Part shown: piece by piece, positions 56,969 to 64,000 of the stretch
How positions within the stretch are numbered: position 1 is the stretch's first letter
How the letters are laid out: each line of letters starts with the position of its first letter
Source: Orbicella franksi
Lineage: Eukaryota
Reading direction: 5' to 3'
Length of the DNA: 64,000 bases
Assembly: GCA_964199315.1 (NCBI GenBank)
Contig: OZ116704.1
Span: 26,660,001-26,724,000, forward strand
Notes under the pieces: model-generated
Seen by the model: only the letters and a program-made list of their open reading frames with translations
Told to the model about the DNA's origin: nothing
The model's database searches: none
Program-made: the position numbers and the translations under genes

Positions 56969-59289
56969 GATGAAAAAATATCAAACAGTCTCCAACGAGA
57001 GGTAAAAGCAAGCAAAATTGAAGAACAGTGCCACGGATCACAAACGCTTCATGGATAGCACAAGGCCTTGTTATCTGAGCCTCGACGGCCGTGTCACTCC
57101 AAAGGAAGTGGGAAAATCGATTGTGATGCAATCCGATCTGGCGATCTCGACAGTTGACAGGCCCCTGTAACCTCACATTACAGGGATTGTCTCTGAAGGC
57201 GGAGAATGACGAAAAGGAAATATCGAGTTCAGGATTGTCTCATCACACCTCAATAACACGCATAGTTGAGCACGCCTTGGCGCCAATTCAATCGCCTTTT
57301 TCGCGGCAAAAGCGAGGATCGGTATGTTTACTTAAGAAACTGCTCGATATTTCCGGTGAGTCCCGCCATCGGGAGGTGAAGCGACAGACTCCACGAATAG
57401 CTCTCCAGCTGTTTCCCGGTCGTTTTTGTTTAGTCTTGGGTAAAATGGTGAGATAAAAGAAACACGTTTTGCTACACGTCTATGGAGTAGGACGACTAAG
57501 CGAACAAAAAAAAAAATGAAATGCGAAAAGATTCGTTTGGTATTTTCTCAACCCATTTCGGGCCGTCAGACAAATACATTATCTGGTTTCTGGATCTTAT
57601 CGCGTTTGTCATCTTGCAGCTTTCTACAAATCACCTTTTAGATACGAGGTCATAGCCGCGGGGGTCCGTATTTTGAAATTTACCGTAATATGTACGACTT
57701 ACACTGCTTTGAACCACATGATAATGGTTCTTGGCGAATTTCTGGCCACCTAATTTTCGCACAGCAACGCTAAAACTCACATAAGTGCTCAAGCAATATC
57801 AATAAAAATTTTTTTCTCTTTTTCGCATTAAGTTTTACCGAGGACCACACACACAAGTAGGTCAACACGTTTGTTTTCAAACTGAATGACTGAGAATTTA
57901 AGAGAAAAAGACTTAAAAAATACAGTGAAACAGAAAAACGAACACATTTCAGCGTGAAAGCATAAGAGGATTCCAAATTCGTCGTCCTTTCCTCTTTCAC
58001 GGATATACTCCGGATCGAAACTGTCTAAAATTCTGTAATCTCGCCAAATTAATGGCTCTTCAATAAACATGAATTTTTAATGGCCAAAAAAGAACGTAGA
58101 AAAATGCCTCCTTGCCAGGTTAATAAAGGAAGTTACGTGGATTTCCCGTCTCTCATTTATTTACAATTCTCGCGTGCAAAAGTCAAGCGAAGTTGTGAAA
58201 AAAGGCGACCTGTTCTTCACAAACATCACGCCACTCTAACAACTTCCCCTCAATCTCCAATACAGCCAGGGAATATGACACTTTTTTACGCTCAAAGAAG
58301 GTGACCACACCGCAGATCAGGGGGTCTAGCTCGGGCGTCCCGTAGTTGCTGTTTTTTGAGGTTGTGACAGACATTTATAGCTTGGGTCAAGTTCTCCGCC
58401 GTAATTATCTTTTATCTAAATCAATCCTTAGATCCAATGAAAGCTGTAGCAAAAAAAATTACGGATGAGTTTCACAACTAATATTATTTGACACACAGGA
58501 TTGTTTATCTTGTCTGGGTGCAATTCGCAGATCACCATCCGGGAATGACAACTATTTGCGGTTAGAATACTTGGAGTGGTTTTTCCGGCTGCAGAAATAT
58601 TTTCAGGGCAAAAGCAGGCCGCAATTCAGAAGCATGGGCAGGCCTTCAGTAATAATCCAAAGTAGCTTCCGTATTTTGGTAGAACACGCCTCATTTCGAG
58701 GGAAAAATCTCGCTGTTTTACGAGAAGCGTAATTTCATTTATTCTTGTCATAGTCCGATTGCCGGGCCCGATTGTGATTGTTTAGCAGTAGATCCAGCTT
58801 CTTCACGTACGCGAGAATAAAAACTTCTTAAAAGTAAAAACAAAAAAGTGCTACTGTGCACTTAGAGGCTAAATATTACAAATAAGCTTGTTTTTGAACG
58901 ATCGAGTTAATAGCGTCTACTGCAACGCGCCCACAGAAATTCCTGGGAAATTTCCGATTAATTATTAGATTAACTTCACGCTCTCGATGAAGAGCGTAGG
59001 ACAGGTAAACTATTGTTCCATGGTGTAGAAGGTAAACCCACCCAGTCATTCAATCTTGACACCTCGGGAATTCCGCGATCTGTCAATAAATCGTGAAACA
59101 TTATCACCGGAGGCTAAACGTGAAACAAAAGCCGCTTTCTCAATCCTGGCATTTCGGCCTGCCAGCCATTTTCACTGATCACCGGGCGACAATTCTCAAC
59201 TCTTCACACTTAAAAACCCACGTTAACATAGTATGACCAGATAAGAGCTCATCAGAACTGGTAGCTGTTTCTGGATGCATATATTAACC
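56969..59289. promoter_or_regulatory. putative bidirectional promoter and 5'UTR region
   Basis: Lies between two divergent ATGs 2.3 kb apart; visibly richer in CG dinucleotides than the gene body; TSSs not located. Confidence 0.6.
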
Positions 59290-59511
59290 ATGCGGTACGT
59301 TTGGGCCCGATATTATGGGACGGATCTTTGGCACGCTTCAGTTCGCGTTTTCTTAATTTACCAAGGCAGACGTCAAGCGCCTGACGCGCGCGTTCATCCA
59401 CTCATGTTCTGCTGTGGTTTGTTGTCTTGCAGGTTTTCAGTTCGTTTTGCTGCTCTTTTCGTCGTCGTTTGTGGATTATCATTGGTAAATTCTCCTCTCG
59501 CGGATGCCGAG
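59290..59511 (+). CDS. first two coding exons (59290-59294, 59433-59511) of a divergent secreted protein, probably the partner collagen IV chain
   Basis: ATG CG|GTACGT...TTGTCTTGCAG|G TTT...GAG|GTATGT gives MRFSVRFAALFVVVCGLSLVNSPLADAE, a signal peptide; no later exon identified in the window. Confidence 0.65.
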
Positions 59512-62149
59512 GTATGTTTCTATTTTATTTGGAGTGTTTCCCCACAGCTCCAAGAGAGCGTGTCCCTTTGCACTTTCAGCAGTACTGAGCGAACCGACCA
59601 CAGGAAAAGTTGATAGTTGCGACCCGAAAAAAAACCCAGCTTCTGTTTGCTGTCATTTCACAGCAGAAGCTATTTGTTTGAAAGTAGTTTTTCTAACGGT
59701 AAAAATGCATATATTCATTTACACTCTAGTTAACCCGCACCAAAACCATTTACTCCTGATGTCCGTTTCATTCAATGTTCCGTTGCCTTCTATTCGGCAT
59801 CTAGCCTGCAGCGCGCAAATGTTTCTCGAAATCAAGAAATAAATTAGAATTCCCTGGTTTTTCGGGAAGATCCCCTTGGTGATAGCATTTCCGAGTATGT
59901 CATGTCCAAACCCTGAACCATTTGAAATCTCGTGGCTTCGATCACACCAATCGATCGCACGATCGCACGAGTAGATAGATACCAAAGTAGAACCGTGTTA
60001 GCTTGTATTCTCATCACCGGATCGTTAATTATAGTTGCGAAAATTAGCAGTAATCGCCTTCCCCATCGACGGGCTGTTAACAAAACTAAAGATTGCAACA
60101 GTTAAGACAGTAAAATCACTCTCTTTCTCGTGTTCAACAATTATAATAATTTCATCTCATGGTAATTATTTAAAACAAAAAATCCACGGCTGGTCTGCGT
60201 TCTAGTGTGATTGAGGCGATAAACTTGGAGGTATTTCCTTCACAGTTGAGTTTCCGCTGCTCTTTTTAAATCGTAGCTTTTCAAAAACTTCTCATTTGCT
60301 ATGAGGGGGATGCTCGAGAGAAAGACTCGCGCGCTAGCTGTAGTTCAGAAGGTGTGCGTGACTTTCACGCGAGTGACGTGGCTCGCGCGACCGACAAAGT
60401 CGACGAAAGACAGGCGACAGAAGTGACATGAACGTTGTTCTTAAAACCACTACTGTGATGCAGTTTTGGGTATAAATCCTTGTAATAACACCATGATAAG
60501 AAGTAAGCTCACTTGAACTTGACATAAACATCACGACAGACTAGACGTGGTTGGAAATCACAAGAAAAACTCGCGATGTTTATGTTATATTCGGTTTGTG
60601 ATTTCTGTCTGGGGAAAACCATCAGAACACTAAAGCGTTGTGTAATTAGACCTACCCAAATATCAACCAAAAGATCATTAAAACTTCCCGGGAACTGCCC
60701 TTAAGTCCAGCTCGGTTTAGGAAGAGATCAACCATTTGTGCGAGACTTAATTTGAAGTCTTATAGTTAACAGATAACAAGGAGTTTTTTTTATTCACAGT
60801 GAACCGATGAAGGGCTAAGAAGCTAAAATGATGGTAGCTTTAAATATTTCTAATACAATGCCATCTGTTTCATTCGTTGTGTCCAAAACCCGTCCCGCTA
60901 TGCAGTCTTCGACCTTTGCGCAAATTTATTTCCGGTGCTGCGGCCGTTGAGCTAGAAAGTATTCAACACTAATACACGTTCATCAACTGTGTCTCAAGAT
61001 TACCGAAACTGCATAACACAATCTAGTGATGAATGTAACAGAAAAAGAAAATAGTTGGTAAAGATTGTGCTCAGAAGGCTGTTTAAAAGGCACATCGCGT
61101 GAATTTTGTGCATGCGGTGAGACTCCCATGACTTCCGAAATAAGCCTAACAAAATCGGACTATAGTAAACCTTTTCGGTAATCCTAAAAGATGTGCCCCG
61201 TGAGTCTTCCGCTGCTTAAAAGGTTCAAAAACAATCCAAAACGTACTGATAAAATTTTTTTCTCATAAGTCATGCAATGGACAAACTGATGAAAATTCCA
61301 AGATCACACGCGTACAGGTTTTTGCCTTGGGCAAAGAGTCAAACCGCAAGCTGTAGGCGAGGCCATATCCTTAAGTTTCTGGAAATATTCCCAATGCAAA
61401 ACACTGTCTGGTATTAAAAGGAACGCATTTGCGGATTGGCATCTCATCAAATCCTTGGAAATAGGTTTTCAAATAATAGACTTCTAATAAATAACGGATA
61501 GATATAGCAGCTTTGCCTTCTTCCGGTTTCGCTCCAAGCTTCAAGCTTGTCCGTGCTCCAGCTCGTCCGGAAGGCCGTGAAATTCTAGGAATCGATTTTA
61601 CTGTTTTGATATAACAAAGAATAGCAAATAAATATTGACAATTACAGCATGCCTCAATGAAAAATCAATATCCAGCTTCTTAAAATGTACCGTTACAGCT
61701 CGTAATTAAAGTTCTATTTAAAGGACATTGTTTTTTTTTTTTCCTTTTTTCGTTTTCGGTATTTTTGTACATGAAGTTTCACCTTTCTCCTTGCAATTAC
61801 CTTTAAACTATATTAATAAGTTTGACCCTAGCGTTCAGTTAGATTACCTTACATATCATCCCCGTCTACTTTTTAAACCAACAACAATAAATCTTCCGTA
61901 CAAAGGGAAAATTTTTAAGTAGCATAATTTTCAAAGACTTTTTTCAACACGAAACTATCCAGAATAAAATAGTGTTAAAAAAAATGTTGAAGATCAACTT
62001 TGGCCCACCAAGATTTAGAATGGCAGAAATTGAAATTCAATCGCAGTATCTAACAAGTATTTGAAATGTAAGAGCACCATGTCTGCATCTCGGCTGGGTT
62101 GTTCAAAGCCTGATTAAGCTAACCTAGGATAAGGAGGAATTTTGATGCA

Positions 62150-62440
62150 ATATATCAAACACAAGAGGCAGTGTTTCATCGGGATATCCAAACACCGAGA
62201 AAAGAGTTGAAAATACGACGCGCAGCGGAGTATCTTTGACGAAATTCAATGTGTTTGGATAGCCGATGAAACACTGTCCCGAGAGTTTGATATATCTTCT
62301 CTACCGAAACCGAAACTAAGGAGTAAACGGAGAACTAAAATCGTCAAAATCTATGCTAATTAAGACCGGGTATCCAAACCTCCTTCACGGTTGTGATTCT
62401 CTTTGTTTTAACTTGATGAATTATTAACGAGTTTGAGAAT
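62150..62440 (+). repeat. interspersed repeat family, copy 2 (nested in a Harbinger-like MITE at about 62092-62626)
   Basis: Matches 19805-20090; outer termini GGTTGTTCAAAGCC...GGCTTTCGAACAACC. Confidence 0.7.
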
Positions 62441-64000
62441 TCAGTTTTCTAACTTTTCAGAGAGGATTTCTTTTTATATTGTTTGTCCTTCAGTTTTGAG
62501 TTTGAACAATTTCAAACTACACAAACCCTAAGCACTGAGAAACATTTTTATATAAGGAGAGTTAATACTTCGGTCAACTTTTAATCCTGAGGTAGCATTA
62601 ACCGGCTTTCGAACAACCCTACAGCCCTGTTGTTTGCATCTAAAACTTAACAGGCATAAATCTAAACGCTTTTGTCAGTTAGGAAATTTGTGTTATGATT
62701 ATCAACATTGTAAGTGGCAGGTGGGGGAGAACTTGCTTGGTGTCCCAATTTTTTTGTCCCAGACTGTCTAAAAGAAGAATTGAAAGAATGTCTTACCACT
62801 TGCTATAAGGAAGGTCTTAGAAAAGGGGAGTTGTGCTGTCTAACGGGTACAGCTAACGAGCACTACTAAAAGGAAACAGCATGCAACAACAAGTTTTACC
62901 TGGGTAGGCAGTGCTAAAGATCGTGAAGTCCATCTTTCTAAATGACCTTCTACGGTCAGTGACTGATAATTCCTTGACATGACCTGCTATTGCTTCTCGA
63001 GGGGCAAACAGTTCACTTGCCCACCCACCAATAAAATCCAACTGTACACGAGATATTTTGTTTGAAAAGGATGTCCCTTTTTCCTGCACTGAATAAGATG
63101 ACCTTGGCTCTGTCTTAAGATCTTCAGAGGGGTGGTTGATCCACGCGAAACAGAAATGATCTAAATTTGGTATAAGCAGAGGGTACTGCGCAAGTGGACA
63201 TTTTGCCTTGTCCTCGCTTTTTCACAGGGTTTATCTGTGGACGGCAATAAAGCGATACTGCTACCTAAACGTGATTAAATTATGTATGTCTCTGTTCGTT
63301 TTCCCCTCTAAGAGCGGAACACATATAAAGCAAGGTGCACGTTTTCTACTTCAGAAGTGTCACAAGGTTAAGCACTTCAGCGAACCCTAACAATAAACCA
63401 TTACTGGTAAATCATCTTAGTTCCAAACTGTGTCATATCATTCAAATTACACCTTTTTCCACTTTATAGGAATTAAATATAATTATTTGACGTTGTTTGG
63501 GATCAAGAACTAGCAAAACAGAGTTTTGCGAGAAGGTTTACATGGTTAACTATTCAATTTAAATAGAAGGGGTAGTTACGTAGTTAACCTATTGTCTCTG
63601 GCAGACAGTTAACCATATTTCAAGTATCAAACTCTACATTGCTTCCATCCTGAGTTTTAAATGATGTGAAGTGAGAAATTTTCATACCTTCTGCCAGTTG
63701 GGAAGAACAGCGAAGGTTAGGGTGCAAAACGCTGACTTTCAAGTGGTTAACCATTGATGTAATTTGTGCGCATTAATTAAATACATGTGACCCGAAAGTT
63801 TTCATGTCGCATGTAATAGTGATAAATCTGATTACTGTACACGGATAACCATTTCAATGGGTTTCATTCTATTTACTGAACACTATTCCATGAAACGACA
63901 CAAAAGATCTGCTACTTTGCAAACTGATAATCTTGGAACATGTCTTATAGACACAAGCTCTGCCCTTTCCTTTAATGCCATTTTACTCGAAGCATATCGC

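Noticed and set aside
56937-57176. 79-aa hydrophobic ORF as collagen exon 1
   Set aside because: GTG start only; the ATG at 56968 plus exon 2 gives a canonical signal peptide, so this is probably 5'UTR
59275-59613. Unspliced 112-aa ORF or ATG 59404 as the partner start
   Set aside because: Reads through an intron with clear GTACGT and TTGCAG signals; the spliced model gives a cleaner signal peptide
63228-63334. Possible exon 3 of the plus-strand gene after pyrimidine-AG tracts
   Set aside because: No Cys/Gly-X-Y content in the required phase and no convincing donor

Overview
AT-rich eukaryotic DNA; the repeat landscape looks like a stony coral or other cnidarian (inference). Most of the window is one minus-strand gene, 379-56968. 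I traced 35 coding exons by hand, and each junction keeps frame (about 1345 aa; the 3' end lies beyond the left edge). It encodes a signal peptide, a type IV collagen 7S-like N-terminus and an interrupted Gly-X-Y helix. Unexpectedly, a complete von Willebrand A (vWA) domain with an intact MIDAS sits inside the helix as a two-exon phase 1-1 module. A second secreted-protein gene starts 2.3 kb away on the plus strand with mirror-image exon 1/2 architecture, consistent with a head-to-head collagen IV gene pair. The introns hold an apparently intact 5.4-kb Ngaro-type tyrosine-recombinase retrotransposon, older solo Ngaro repeat units, an AcademH-like derivative with a RecQ-like remnant, a two-ORF IS630/Tc1-like relic, a tRNA-derived SINE, many MITEs and foldback elements, and one 622-N gap. 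All alignments and family assignments were made by eye or from recalled knowledge, not database searches.
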